Below, piece after piece: positions 49,872 to 60,734 of a stretch of DNA of 64,000 nt. The notes under the pieces are model-generated. The model ran no database searches, was not told the origin of the DNA, and saw only the letters and a list, made by a program, of their open reading frames with translations. The position numbers and the translations under genes are program-made. The stretch comes from a virus (lineage: Duplodnaviria > Caudoviricetes): the IMG/VR virus record IMGVR_UViG_3300028048_003161. One strand, written 5' to 3'. Every line of letters starts with the position of its first letter. Within the stretch, counting starts at the first letter, position 1.

Positions 49872-52106
49872 ATGTTAATGAGTAGGACATTGTGTTCAAT
49901 GGTGATGGCAAGTTTATTATTAACATCTACAAGTACAATAACAGTTAAGGCAGAGAAAATTGAAAATACAGTAGAGACAAATGGACAAGGCGTACAAGGC
50001 GTAGAGAATACACTAATTAACATCAAGAGTTTAGATGATCAGTTGGACGAACTCTACAGTAAGATTGGTGAGCACTTGGGAGTAGACAAAAGCATAGTTA
50101 AACAAATTCATGCACTTTGTGGAAGTAAAGCAGTTTATGCAGATAAGAAGCCTAGCATCTATAACGATTTGACAACATATAAGCCAATGGGTATATACAG
50201 AGGAAAAGGTGAGCAGGGTATTTTACAGAAAGCAGACTTCATAGAGTGTGGAGATGATAACATAGATAGACCTTCAGAGTATTTTTTACCTGATGCACTA
50301 TATAGTGTGTCTTATGACATAGTATCCTTAATGAGTCAGAGGTTTAATTGTGATAGAGGACCTATGCAAGAATACTTTGACAACTTAAAAGAGGATGTTA
50401 AGCAGAGGATTGTGTTCTATGAGGCAGTAATGGAATATACAGATTGCAAGGAAGATACAGTTGATGAAATTTTCAAAGCATATGAAAAGTGTTTATATGA
50501 CAAGCAGAAAGATGAGAATGTCGTTGAGACAAATAAAGATGGACAGTTAGAAATTAAAAGCAAGTTTAGAAAGATATTCAATGACATTGGAATTAAGAAT
50601 GAGACAAGATTAAATTATTTAGCTATCATTTTAAGTTATGATAAGGATTTGGCAGTTAATGATAATACAGAGAGTACAAAAGATGAGTACATTGTACCAT
50701 ACAAACTCAACTATACAAGTAGAGAGAATATGATGTTAGCAGCGGCTTGTTTAGTTGGAAAAGTCAGGTATGTTTGGGCTGGTGGACATAGTGGTGCATC
50801 TTACATAGATGGAATAAATCCTGCATGGGAAATGTGGAGTGACTTGTACACAGGAGATAATTATGAGAAATGTATACAGCCTCATGGTTCTTGGTGTCCT
50901 GAACATGGACAAAGCAGTGGTGAGTGTACACAGGGAGGAATCATAAGAAGTTTAGATGATTACATTAGTAAAAGGTCAAAGACATTTGGAACAGATGAAT
51001 TAGATCAGGATAAATACAGAAAGCTTTTAGCAAAAGTTAATTACAGTAATGGAATTAGTACTCATACATTGGATGGTTTAGATTGCAGTGGATTTGCATC
51101 TTGGCTATACAATCAAATTACAGATAAGTACAATGTCAACTCAACAGCTAGATGCTTTACTAAACAGTCAGGGATTAAAGAAGTTGCATTTGGAAGTAAG
51201 ATGTTACCTGGAGATGTGTTTTCATGGACATCACATATAGTAGTAATTGTTGGACAGGTAAGAAAAGGAAGTAAGGCATATGTGACAGTTGAGGAAACAC
51301 CTCATGTATTGAAATATGGAGTAGTTTATTATGCAGGTGCAAGTTCAGCTGACATAGAATATGGAAAGAAGATAGCATCTGAAGCAAACACCTTGATTGG
51401 TGGAATACCTTCTGGAAAAGAAACACCTCATGTTTATTGTATGAATAACGTAGGGCACTATACAGAGGAAGAAGAGGTTGAGGTCACAGATGAAAAAGGA
51501 AAGAACAAGCATAAAAAGAAAAAGGCAGGAAAAGGGTCAGGAAAGAAAAAGGTAGACGTGTCAGTTGTAGACAATGACTTGAGTTTATTAGCAAGTGCAC
51601 TTGAAAGTACAGAAGAGAGCACTGAACAAGAAACAGAGACAGAGGAAAGTACAACAGAGGACAATACAGAAGAAAAAGCTGACAGCAAAAAAGAAAACAC
51701 AACAGAGAAGTCTGACAGCACTGACAGTGAAAAAGAAAATAAGACAGAGGATAAAGAAAACAAGACAACGGATAAAAAGGACAAGGGCAGTTCAGATAAA
51801 AAGGACAAGAACAGCAAAAAAGATAAGAAAGACAGGAAGAAAAATAAGAGAGACAAGCACAAAAAGAAAAAGACAAAGAAAGTTAAGGTTGATAAGCAGT
51901 ATATTTCAATTGGTAGGTTTGAAGGAACATTCATTGATGAACAATTTGGACATGAGAGTTTTGAGGACTTGACAGCACTGGAAATTATAAGACATACAAT
52001 TAAGAAATTACCTATGAGTTATATAAGTGGTTACAACATTTATAAGGGTAAGCTTTTTGATAAAAAGACAGTTGCATCAGAATTAGGAGTAAAAGTAAAT
52101 GAATAA
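49872..52106 (+). CDS. secreted NlpC/P60 peptidoglycan hydrolase-like protein
   Basis: Signal peptide (VKA|E); YVWAGG ... GLDCSGF ... PGDV ... HIVI; long K/E/D low-complexity insert. Confidence 0.8.
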   Translation: MLMSRTLCSMVMASLLLTSTSTITVKAEKIENTVETNGQGVQGVENTLINIKSLDDQLDELYSKIGEHLGVDKSIVKQIHALCGSKAVYADKKPSIYNDLTTYKPMGIYRGKGEQGILQKADFIECGDDNIDRPSEYFLPDALYSVSYDIVSLMSQRFNCDRGPMQEYFDNLKEDVKQRIVFYEAVMEYTDCKEDTVDEIFKAYEKCLYDKQKDENVVETNKDGQLEIKSKFRKIFNDIGIKNETRLNYLAIILSYDKDLAVNDNTESTKDEYIVPYKLNYTSRENMMLAAACLVGKVRYVWAGGHSGASYIDGINPAWEMWSDLYTGDNYEKCIQPHGSWCPEHGQSSGECTQGGIIRSLDDYISKRSKTFGTDELDQDKYRKLLAKVNYSNGISTHTLDGLDCSGFASWLYNQITDKYNVNSTARCFTKQSGIKEVAFGSKMLPGDVFSWTSHIVVIVGQVRKGSKAYVTVEETPHVLKYGVVYYAGASSADIEYGKKIASEANTLIGGIPSGKETPHVYCMNNVGHYTEEEEVEVTDEKGKNKHKKKKAGKGSGKKKVDVSVVDNDLSLLASALESTEESTEQETETEESTTEDNTEEKADSKKENTTEKSDSTDSEKENKTEDKENKTTDKKDKGSSDKKDKNSKKDKKDRKKNKRDKHKKKKTKKVKVDKQYISIGRFEGTFIDEQFGHESFEDLTALEIIRHTIKKLPMSYISGYNIYKGKLFDKKTVASELGVKVNE

Positions 52107-53058
52107 ATTAGGACAATTAAAAAAGAAAGAGAATACAAAGGAAAAAGAAGCAAAGAACACAGCAAAAGAAAGGAAAGAGCCTTATGACATAGTTGATACA
52201 GCATTTGCAATGTCAATTGGGTTTATAGTGGTCATACTTTTAATGCTTGGTTTGGCATCTGTCTGGAAAGATAGCATTGAAGAAAAATATGAAAAGCAAT
52301 TTAATATAGCTGATGCACAATATACAAAACTAGACATTAAGTTCAATGACTTAATCACAAGCAAAGAAGTTTATAACAAGTTGAATAAGAGTTGTAAACA
52401 GTTTGTGAGTGAAGGAGATAATGAGGATACAGATAAGGTAAGTAATGGTTACACAAAGAGCAATGGAAAATACATTGATACAGAAAAGCAGACAAGTTCA
52501 GAAAAAGAAGAGACAAGCAAAGATGGCTTGGATGAAATGAATGAGACAGGTCCTATTTATCTGAATGACATGCTAGTAATGAGATACATTAGTGATTCTG
52601 GAGAAATGAAAGTAGTTGCAGCTAAAATAAATGAGAGTACAGGAGAAATTAAGACAAGCGCACTTAATGATTTAGAGACAGGGGAGGTCAATGATTGGAA
52701 AAGCAATAATAGAGATACAAAGATTACAGGTACAATTACAGAGGATGCATACTTACAAGATGTAATGACAATATTTGTTAGCTTAGTAACACAGAAAGAC
52801 ATTGATTATACATTGAAAAGAGAAGCATTACAGTTCTTTACAGAGGATGGTTACAATAGTATGATTAAGAATCCTAACAGATTGTTGGTAGATAAAAACA
52901 GTTTGGAGGTTAAAAACATTGTAGCAGGTAAATCATCATTGGAAAATAAGAATAAAGACAGGGTATTGTTACAAATGGTAGTTGGTAAAGACAGTTATGT
53001 TAATGTGGTGATCAAGTTAAATAAAAACAATAAAATCTTTGACATTGATATAGTTTAG
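52099..53058 (+). CDS. bitopic membrane protein, possibly transfer-associated
   Basis: One TM; start overlaps the NlpC/P60 stop. Confidence 0.65.
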   Translation: MNKLGQLKKKENTKEKEAKNTAKERKEPYDIVDTAFAMSIGFIVVILLMLGLASVWKDSIEEKYEKQFNIADAQYTKLDIKFNDLITSKEVYNKLNKSCKQFVSEGDNEDTDKVSNGYTKSNGKYIDTEKQTSSEKEETSKDGLDEMNETGPIYLNDMLVMRYISDSGEMKVVAAKINESTGEIKTSALNDLETGEVNDWKSNNRDTKITGTITEDAYLQDVMTIFVSLVTQKDIDYTLKREALQFFTEDGYNSMIKNPNRLLVDKNSLEVKNIVAGKSSLENKNKDRVLLQMVVGKDSYVNVVIKLNKNNKIFDIDIV

Positions 53059-53130
53059 TGATGGCATACGAATGGGCATATAGTTCATTGAAAAGAAATT
53101 AAATTATTTATGAAATGAGGAAAATTAAAA

Positions 53131-54804
53131 GTGGCGATCATATGTAATAATGAGGTAGTGCCTGAAGAAAAGAATATATTACTTGACAAATGGAAGTTTC
53201 CTTCAGTGGATGGAGAGTGTGAACCTGAAAAACCTCCTATGTGCATGTTTTATAATACAGCAAGAGCATTACAGTTATTATTTAAGCATATAAAAAATAA
53301 TAACAAGATAGTTTTAGGAACAGACGTAGACGTTGATGGAATTGGAACAACTTATATATTAAAGAAAGCACTCATATATTTAGGTTCTAACAACCATGTG
53401 ATTTTGATAAATCAGGAGAAAACTCATGGTATACAGGAGAATCAGGTGAGGTTCTTTAATGAGAAATATAAGGTTGATTTGGTAATCATTACTGATTCAA
53501 GTAGTAACGAGTTGGAATTGATAAAAGCACTTAAATGTGATGTATTGGTCATTGACCATCATGATATATTGCATGAAGAGTATTTTGGTAAATGCAATGA
53601 TGGAATACATAACTTTGTAATTGTTAACAACAATGTTGATAATTTTCAACAAAGTATTGATATTGAGTGGCTTAACAAGATTAAACCTGGAGCATTTGAT
53701 AATATAAGAGAGTACAAAGCAGAACCTGATATGTCTTGTGGTTTGGTAGTATATGAACTTATGAGGGTTTGTTTTAGGGCAGTAGGTGATGAGCGTACCA
53801 TTGAAAATTCTCTTTTGTATCAATGGGCTGGTGTGACATTGTTTACTGATGTAATCAATACCTTAAATGACAGGAATCAGTATTATTTGAATAAGACAGT
53901 GTTTAGTAGAGAAACAGAAAGAGCACTTGGTTCAATACTTAGGGCAATGAATAAATTCAAAGCAACATTGGATAAATCATTTATTACATACTCATTAGCA
54001 CCAATAATAAATAAGGCAATACGTGCTGGAAAGGGTGCAGAAGCAGTTGATATTGTTTTGAATAATCCTGATAACATATTGGAACTTAAAAAGTATGCTG
54101 AACTACAGGAGATTGCAATTAAGAAAGCAACAACAGTTGAGGTAATAGACAGTGATACTGGGTTAAGGACATTAGCACCTAGAGTGTTTACAGGGAAAAC
54201 AATAGTGATGGATGTAACAAAGATTGGTGTGCATCGTAACTATAATGGAGTAATTGCGGGGCGGTTGTCCGGAGATACACATAAAGATGCTGCTGTTTAC
54301 TCTGTTCTTGAGAATGGGATTTGTTCAGGGTCATTCAGAGGAATTTACAAAGACGTGAATTACAGAAAATACTTTGCAGATTTTTCAAGTGACATATATG
54401 CACAAGGTCATCCTCCTGCATTTGGTTTCAAATGTACAAAAGAGCAGTTGGACGAAATAATGAATACATTGTATACTATTGAGCCTACAGAGGATCCTAG
54501 ACCTTGGATTACAGCTGGGAACATTAAACCTGAGGCAAGAGGTATATATCATATAGACAACATGGACGAGTTTAGGAGGGCAGGATATGTTTGGAGGATA
54601 GCAACAGGAAATTCAAAAGTACCATCACAAGATGAAATTAGTATTAGAGTGAGTGCACTTGATGTTACATTGAGAGAAACAAAAGGAAAATTGTTTATCT
54701 ATGATGCACTTGGTTTTGAATGTAAAGCATTTAAACCATTGAGTGGCAGTTATTTTGACATTTACCTTGAATACACAAATGAAATAACTGCATATATAAG
54801 GTAA
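53131..54804 (+). CDS. recJ: RecJ-like DHH/DHHA1 ssDNA exonuclease
   Basis: DVDVDG, ITD, IDHH, APIIN..R, GSFR, GH..AFG. Confidence 0.85.
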   Translation: MAIICNNEVVPEEKNILLDKWKFPSVDGECEPEKPPMCMFYNTARALQLLFKHIKNNNKIVLGTDVDVDGIGTTYILKKALIYLGSNNHVILINQEKTHGIQENQVRFFNEKYKVDLVIITDSSSNELELIKALKCDVLVIDHHDILHEEYFGKCNDGIHNFVIVNNNVDNFQQSIDIEWLNKIKPGAFDNIREYKAEPDMSCGLVVYELMRVCFRAVGDERTIENSLLYQWAGVTLFTDVINTLNDRNQYYLNKTVFSRETERALGSILRAMNKFKATLDKSFITYSLAPIINKAIRAGKGAEAVDIVLNNPDNILELKKYAELQEIAIKKATTVEVIDSDTGLRTLAPRVFTGKTIVMDVTKIGVHRNYNGVIAGRLSGDTHKDAAVYSVLENGICSGSFRGIYKDVNYRKYFADFSSDIYAQGHPPAFGFKCTKEQLDEIMNTLYTIEPTEDPRPWITAGNIKPEARGIYHIDNMDEFRRAGYVWRIATGNSKVPSQDEISIRVSALDVTLRETKGKLFIYDALGFECKAFKPLSGSYFDIYLEYTNEITAYIR

Positions 54805-54838
54805 AGAAAAGAAGTAGAAAGGAAGGAATTAAAAGGAC

Positions 54839-55684
54839 ATGAAGATTGGAAAGAAAGCACAAAATAAGGAGTTATCTACAAGACCTGAAAAGAATAACTC
54901 CAAGAAGAGTATGGCATTGATCATTGTCATTGCAATAACCGCAGTACTTATTTTATGGGTCTATACCATGGGTAGAAAAGCAGAAGAGACAGTGGATGTT
55001 GTAATGTTATCTGACAATGTTTATAAGAATCAGGTAATTACAGAGAGTGTACTTAAGAAATATCCGATGCTCAAGGGAGAATTTGAGAAATATGCAACTA
55101 CTACAGATAGTGGTGAAAAGAAAAGACGTATTTTACTTTGGAGTGAAAAAGATATGATCATTAACTCATTCGCAGCATATCCATTAAAGTCAGATACAGT
55201 TGCAATGTATAATGATTTCATTACTTCTAAAGTAGATAACAGTGATTCAGTATTGTATTCATTCCCTGGTAAAAACATTGTTTCACTTGATGCAGGTCAG
55301 CAGGATTTGGAGTCATTCAAAGCATACCTTCAGCCTGGAGATAGAATCAATGTAACAGCTATTTACAAAACAGACGAGGCTGTAAAAGAGGGGGACACAA
55401 GTACAACAGTAGAGACATATAAAGAGGAACCTGTGTTTGTAGGAATTATGTTAGCTGACCTATTAAATTCACAGGGAGATTCAATTCTTGATCTGTATCA
55501 GCAGTATAATGACATGTCAACTTATGAACAGGCAAACTTAGATGCTTCTGAATCATGGATACAGAGCGTTACACCTGCAAATATTATGGTAGCATTAACA
55601 CCTGAAGAAGAGTCAGAGTATTACAAATACTTAAGCAAAGACAGCGTAACATTTAAGATTTCTCTGCCTCAGAGGTCTAACTAA
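54839..55684 (+). CDS. CpaB/RcpC-like SAF-domain pilus assembly protein
   Basis: N-terminal TM, SAF-like segment, LQPGDRINV, VALTPEE; first gene of the Tad locus. Confidence 0.75.
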   Translation: MKIGKKAQNKELSTRPEKNNSKKSMALIIVIAITAVLILWVYTMGRKAEETVDVVMLSDNVYKNQVITESVLKKYPMLKGEFEKYATTTDSGEKKRRILLWSEKDMIINSFAAYPLKSDTVAMYNDFITSKVDNSDSVLYSFPGKNIVSLDAGQQDLESFKAYLQPGDRINVTAIYKTDEAVKEGDTSTTVETYKEEPVFVGIMLADLLNSQGDSILDLYQQYNDMSTYEQANLDASESWIQSVTPANIMVALTPEEESEYYKYLSKDSVTFKISLPQRSN

Positions 55685-55732
55685 TAACAGTTAAAGTTTG
55701 AGAAGTTTATGTTTAGAGTTTAGATAGGAGGC

Positions 55733-56656
55733 ATGGAAATGGCATTTGGTTTTTTCAAAGAAAAAGTTAGGCAGCTTGAAAAAATGGATCCTAACGACAC
55801 TTCAGGAGTGAATTTAGCAAAGGAAACATCTGATAAAGCAGTTGAGATTATTAAAGAGCTGTCAGGTAGAGATATAGACACAAAGGTAAAAGTAATAGAC
55901 AACTTGATTGTGTTTACTAATGCAGCTGGTGGTGCTGGAGCATCTACAATAGCTACGAATGTAGCATATGAAGCTATTCAAAAGGGATTGAAAGTTGTGC
56001 TTTTAGACTTGAATTTACTTTGTCCTGTACAGCATACATATTTAGGAGTTGAGCAGCAAATGACAAAACCTGACTTGGTGGGATATTTACTTGGTCAGAA
56101 CTCATTGAGTGATAGCATTGATACTTCTAATAAGATCAATTTGATTTTTGCAAACAACAGAACAATCAATGATTTAATCAATTGTAATGATGCAATTGCA
56201 ATTGAGAATTACAAAGACATGTTAACAAAGTTGAGGCAGTTTTATGATCTTGTAATTGTTGATTGTCCTATGCGAATTGATGATATGCTCTGCAATACAA
56301 CATTGTATTACGCAGATGCAATCTACATGGTTTGGGATGAGGGTGTTGGTTCTGTAATCAACACAGAGAAATTAAGAAGGAACATGGCAGCAACTGGTAT
56401 TGACAGTTTCACAAAAATGAGAGTCATTTTGAATAAGAGAACATCAATTCATTTTTCTGATTATCCATTGACAAAAATGAATATTGAACTTATGGGAGTA
56501 TTACCTTTCAGTGTTGATATCATTGATAACTCCTTAAGAGAGAGAATCTTCTGTGAAAAGGGTTCAAGTAGCAATGAGGAATCAAATGAGTTTGCACGTA
56601 AAATGATAGGTTTATCAAATAAGATACTTAGTATTGCAGGATATACAGGAAAGTAA
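55733..56656 (+). CDS. CpaE/TadZ-like MinD/ParA-family protein
   Basis: Degenerate Walker A AAGGAGAST, LLDLN, YDLVIVDCP, ILNK. Confidence 0.8.
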   Translation: MEMAFGFFKEKVRQLEKMDPNDTSGVNLAKETSDKAVEIIKELSGRDIDTKVKVIDNLIVFTNAAGGAGASTIATNVAYEAIQKGLKVVLLDLNLLCPVQHTYLGVEQQMTKPDLVGYLLGQNSLSDSIDTSNKINLIFANNRTINDLINCNDAIAIENYKDMLTKLRQFYDLVIVDCPMRIDDMLCNTTLYYADAIYMVWDEGVGSVINTEKLRRNMAATGIDSFTKMRVILNKRTSIHFSDYPLTKMNIELMGVLPFSVDIIDNSLRERIFCEKGSSSNEESNEFARKMIGLSNKILSIAGYTGK

Positions 56657-56677
56657 ATTTAAGGAGGCATAGGGTTT

Positions 56678-58195
56678 ATGAACACTAAAGAGTTGCTTGA
56701 ACTCCAGTCAAAAAGAGGAGCAAGACTTACAGCTATTAGTGATGGCTTTACAAAGACACTTGAAAGCGTTACTAATGATTGTCGTAAGGCAATAGAGGAA
56801 CAGTCAGACAAGTACAGAGACTTGGATGCAGTTAACAAGAAAGAAGCAATTAAGAAAATCATCATTGATTTTGTAATGAATACAAAACCTCTTGTTGAAG
56901 GGTACATTGATGGTGAAAATAAGCCTGATACAGTTAAGTTGGTAGATAAGTTAATTGAGGACATTACTAACTATGGTATACTTACTCAGGCAATGATGGA
57001 TGAGAAAGTATATGAGATTCGTTGTAATGGTAAAGAGCTCAAGGTAGAGATTGAAGGTCATGTACAAGACTTACTGGACAAGGAAGGAAACATCATTTCA
57101 TTTGAATCACCTGAACAGCAGGAAGTAATTATTCGTAAGCTTTTGGGTGATGTGAGATTGACACCTAAGGATTGCTTGGTCAACGCTAGAACAATTGAGG
57201 GATACAGAATCGCAGCTATTCACTCATCTGGTTTAAGTCCTGACCCTAATGATCCTACAGGCGAGCATTATCATGCTTTTGTATTACGTAAGTTTCGTAA
57301 GAGTAAAATGAAACTTGGAGAGATAGTACTTAAGCACACAATGTCAGACAATATGGCAAGATTGTTAGCATTATGTACTGCAGGTGGTTTAACATTCTTC
57401 ACAGTTGGACCTACAGCTTCAGGTAAAACAACAACAAACAATGCTATTTTACAGTCAGTACCAGCAACAACGAGAACAGTTCTTATTCAGAACCCTTCAG
57501 AGATTGATCTGCGTTTTAAGGACGACTCAGGTCGTGTTTATAATGATGTGCTTCATTTGGAGGCAACAGAGAAAGAGCATCCGACAGAAAAAGACCCGAC
57601 AATGACAAACTGTATGGACATGACATTGAGATTGTCTCCTACATTTGTTTGTTTTGGTGAGGTTCGTACAAATGGTGAGTTTAAGCAGTGTATGAAAATC
57701 ATGCAGGCAGGTCACCCAATCAATACTACATTCCATGCAGAGAGTAGTGAGGGTGCAATTAAGCGTTTCCAGACAGCATATCTTGCAGAGTCAGGCAATG
57801 AGCCTTCACACTTAGCATTGAGTACAATTGTTGGTCTTGTAAATATCATAGTTGTACAGAAGATTATGAGAGATGGTACACGTAAAGTAATTCAAATATC
57901 AGAGGTTGTAGGGGTTGATCCTAACAATAATGAAAAAGCATTACTTAATGACCTTTACATATTTGATATCAATGGTGAGCCTGAATATGATGAGGCAGGC
58001 AATGTTGTTAAAATTAGAGGTCAGCATAGGAGAGTTGGAAAGCTTTCAGAAAGAACAATTAGGAAATTCCAGCTTGAGGGTGTATCACAGAAAAGATATG
58101 ACTTCCTGCTTAAGGATGTGAAAGAGGCAGAGAACGAGGTTGAGGTTTATACAGGTAATGACATTGATAGATATGGAATGCCTAAAGTAGTATAA
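56678..58195 (+). CDS. CpaF/TadA pilus assembly ATPase
   Basis: GPTASGKTT, LRLSP..FGEVR, AGH...TTFHA, DGTRKV.QISEV. Confidence 0.92.
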   Translation: MNTKELLELQSKRGARLTAISDGFTKTLESVTNDCRKAIEEQSDKYRDLDAVNKKEAIKKIIIDFVMNTKPLVEGYIDGENKPDTVKLVDKLIEDITNYGILTQAMMDEKVYEIRCNGKELKVEIEGHVQDLLDKEGNIISFESPEQQEVIIRKLLGDVRLTPKDCLVNARTIEGYRIAAIHSSGLSPDPNDPTGEHYHAFVLRKFRKSKMKLGEIVLKHTMSDNMARLLALCTAGGLTFFTVGPTASGKTTTNNAILQSVPATTRTVLIQNPSEIDLRFKDDSGRVYNDVLHLEATEKEHPTEKDPTMTNCMDMTLRLSPTFVCFGEVRTNGEFKQCMKIMQAGHPINTTFHAESSEGAIKRFQTAYLAESGNEPSHLALSTIVGLVNIIVVQKIMRDGTRKVIQISEVVGVDPNNNEKALLNDLYIFDINGEPEYDEAGNVVKIRGQHRRVGKLSERTIRKFQLEGVSQKRYDFLLKDVKEAENEVEVYTGNDIDRYGMPKVV

Positions 58196-58238
58196 GAATA
58201 AGACAGATTAAAGTAAGTGATAGCAGGGAGGAAAGGAA

Positions 58239-59237
58239 ATGAGTTCATCATTATTTGCTAATATAGCAAGTGGAAACGGTGCAACGCCTATCACAATTAT
58301 CTTCATCATCCTGTTAGCAATAATGTTGCTTGTGCAGATAACTAATCTGCCTATGATAGCATTGTTGCACAGAGGTTTAGGTTTACTGAAAACAGGGTTT
58401 GGTAAATTCATACATAAGAGAGAAGATAACTACCATAGAGATTTGGAGATAGGCAAGATAAATGAAAAGAGGACAAAGGTTAAATTGTATAAGTTCCTTA
58501 GCGAATTGATTATAGACCTTAACCTTTATTCCACAGGAATCTTACCATATGAGTTGTTGACAATGGTAGTTATCATAGTCGCAGTGGTGGTTACAGTTAT
58601 CTGCAAGATCTTGTTTGGATCAATCGCTATGACTTTTATAATGACACCTATCGCAATTATAGCAACATTCTGTGTAATGTATACTAAAGCAAATGTAGCT
58701 CATGATACTCGTATTGAATCAGTAATTGATGCAGAGAACATTATCTGTAATAACATTAAAATTGGTGTGGTTGCAGCTGTTAAAGATAGTATTAACGTTA
58801 TACCTAAGAACATTAGACCTGCTTTTAGAGACTTCATTGACAATGTTGAGCAGAAAAACTATCATATCAAGACAGCATTGTTAGAGTTGAATCAGCAGTT
58901 AGGAAGTGTAGCAGATGACTTCATAAAGAAATGTATTGTCTTTGAATTGGAGGAAGAGCATGGTATTGCAAATATGTTTCAGGATGTTGTAGAGATCAAC
59001 AACATCAATATGGAGTTTAGAACAGATATGAAACGTAGTTTCGAGGAAGTAAAAACACAGTTCATTACTGGTGTTAGTATGATACTCGTATTCCTGTTCG
59101 GTGTCATTGCTATTTATGATGTAGTCAGAAATTTCTATTTCAAGACAGCAATTGGAAATGCAATACTTGCAGCTGATGCTTTAATAATTGTTATTGAGTT
59201 TATGTACATTACATACTTAAGAGCAAAAGAGCTTTAA
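58239..59237 (+). CDS. TadB-like inner-membrane platform protein
   Basis: Multi-TM T2SSF-like topology directly after TadA. Confidence 0.7.
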   Translation: MSSSLFANIASGNGATPITIIFIILLAIMLLVQITNLPMIALLHRGLGLLKTGFGKFIHKREDNYHRDLEIGKINEKRTKVKLYKFLSELIIDLNLYSTGILPYELLTMVVIIVAVVVTVICKILFGSIAMTFIMTPIAIIATFCVMYTKANVAHDTRIESVIDAENIICNNIKIGVVAAVKDSINVIPKNIRPAFRDFIDNVEQKNYHIKTALLELNQQLGSVADDFIKKCIVFELEEEHGIANMFQDVVEINNINMEFRTDMKRSFEEVKTQFITGVSMILVFLFGVIAIYDVVRNFYFKTAIGNAILAADALIIVIEFMYITYLRAKEL

Positions 59238-59245
59238 TAAAGGAG

Positions 59246-60304
59246 GTGAGAACATTGGATACAAAGAATGGTACAGCTGGTGGTGGGGAGATACTTCAGT
59301 ATATTGGGAATAACAATGGTTCTTCATCACAAATGGATGAGGGAGTACTTAAACAATTTGCAATGTTACCTTGGGTGAGATTGATTGTTATTGCACTCAT
59401 AATTGTGGCAGCATTTCTAATAATCATTAGGATGTTTAAGGTCAAGAATCCTCTAAGGGGTAAGGCTATCACACATGAGTTAGATAACATGGACAAAATC
59501 AGAAAGCATGATGAGTCTATTGTTAGAGCAAACAGAATTATTTCAGCAATCACTAACCTTGTTGAGAGAACACCTTTTGCCTTGAGTAAGTCCTATATAG
59601 AGTATTGGAACTACAATTTATATAGGGCAAATGTAAGAATACCTGGCAAGGCAAGAGTAATGAAGGCAATAGAGTTTAATGCATTGGTTAAAGCTACTGA
59701 AGCTTTTGTTGTATTACTTGGACTCTTGGTATCAGTATTCTTCAATGGTCCTCTTGGTTTACTACTTATAATTTCAGCAATAGTAATGTGCAATACATTT
59801 CCTATGATGATTGTAAGACAGACAGTAAAAGCAAAAGACATGGAAATTATTGAGAACTTTGCACAGTTCTATTTGATGATACATTATGTATTATTAGCAA
59901 GTTCAGGTACTCCTATTAGTGGTACAATGAAGTCTTATGATAAGACAACTGATAGTGAGGAAATGCACAGGTTTGTTGACACATGTATTCATTATATTGA
60001 TACATATGGTGAATATGAAGCTACAAACTATATTGCTAAACAATACAGAGAAATTCCTCAAGTTGGCAAGTTAATGAGATTGATCAGACAGGCTAACGAG
60101 GGTGGTGATGTAAGAGCAGAGCTTATTGGTTTTAGAAACGAGCTTCTTGAAGCAAAGAAGTACACACTTCAAAAACATAAAGAGAAGCTTGTAATGAGAG
60201 CACAACTCTCATTCAATATATTGTTGCCTATTTTGATTCAGGCAATCATAAGTGCAACTGCTATATATCTGCCAGATATTATGGGAGCAGCTAGTGTATT
60301 CTAG
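59246..60304 (+). CDS. TadC-like inner-membrane platform protein
   Basis: Multi-TM, LIRQANEGG, position after TadB. Confidence 0.7.
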   Translation: MRTLDTKNGTAGGGEILQYIGNNNGSSSQMDEGVLKQFAMLPWVRLIVIALIIVAAFLIIIRMFKVKNPLRGKAITHELDNMDKIRKHDESIVRANRIISAITNLVERTPFALSKSYIEYWNYNLYRANVRIPGKARVMKAIEFNALVKATEAFVVLLGLLVSVFFNGPLGLLLIISAIVMCNTFPMMIVRQTVKAKDMEIIENFAQFYLMIHYVLLASSGTPISGTMKSYDKTTDSEEMHRFVDTCIHYIDTYGEYEATNYIAKQYREIPQVGKLMRLIRQANEGGDVRAELIGFRNELLEAKKYTLQKHKEKLVMRAQLSFNILLPILIQAIISATAIYLPDIMGAASVF

Positions 60305-60373
60305 TAGACCAGAATATAGGCATGAGAATTATAGAAAAGAAAAATTATTTAATTAAAAGTGGAGGTAGAAGAG

Positions 60374-60646
60374 ATGAAAGTAAGTAAAATTTTCGTTGTC
60401 TTAATTACAGTCGTTGTTTGTGTTATTATTGGTGCCTTTGTTATCAATATCTTAATGCCAAACACAGTAACATCAGTGGTTGATACAGTTGAGAATCAGA
60501 TTCAGCATGCAACTGGTATTTCGCTTGACCTGAATGGTAATGGTGTAGCAGGTGCATCTGGTAACAACATTGCTAAAATGAAGAGCAGTAACAAGGATAA
60601 GTCTAACTCAACTAGCAGTAGTAAGACAGTTGATGGTTTCCAGTAA
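60374..60646 (+). CDS. putative major pilin (non-canonical Flp-like)
   Basis: Short protein, N-terminal hydrophobic helix, GGAGG RBS, followed by a strong hairpin. Confidence 0.6.
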   Translation: MKVSKIFVVLITVVVCVIIGAFVINILMPNTVTSVVDTVENQIQHATGISLDLNGNGVAGASGNNIAKMKSSNKDKSNSTSSSKTVDGFQ

Positions 60647-60686
60647 ATCATTTAAGGAATGGTAACAATCGTAAAGTAAAATTAGG

Positions 60687-60720
60687 GGTACCTGGGACAA
60701 TGGTCCCAGGTGCTTTTAGG
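60687..60720 (+). terminator. intra-operon hairpin after the pilin gene
   Basis: GGTACCTGGGAC-aatg-GTCCCAGGTGCT-TTT. Confidence 0.75.
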
Positions 60721-60734
60721 TTTGGGAGGCAACA

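Noticed and set aside
51595-51972. Alternative-frame K/R/Q-rich ORF inside the NlpC/P60 gene
   Set aside because: By-product of a T-poor low-complexity segment that lacks stop codons.
55733-56656. Plasmid partition ParA
   Set aside because: It lies between cpaB and cpaF homologs and lacks the Walker A lysines, which fits CpaE/TadZ better; no parB is adjacent.
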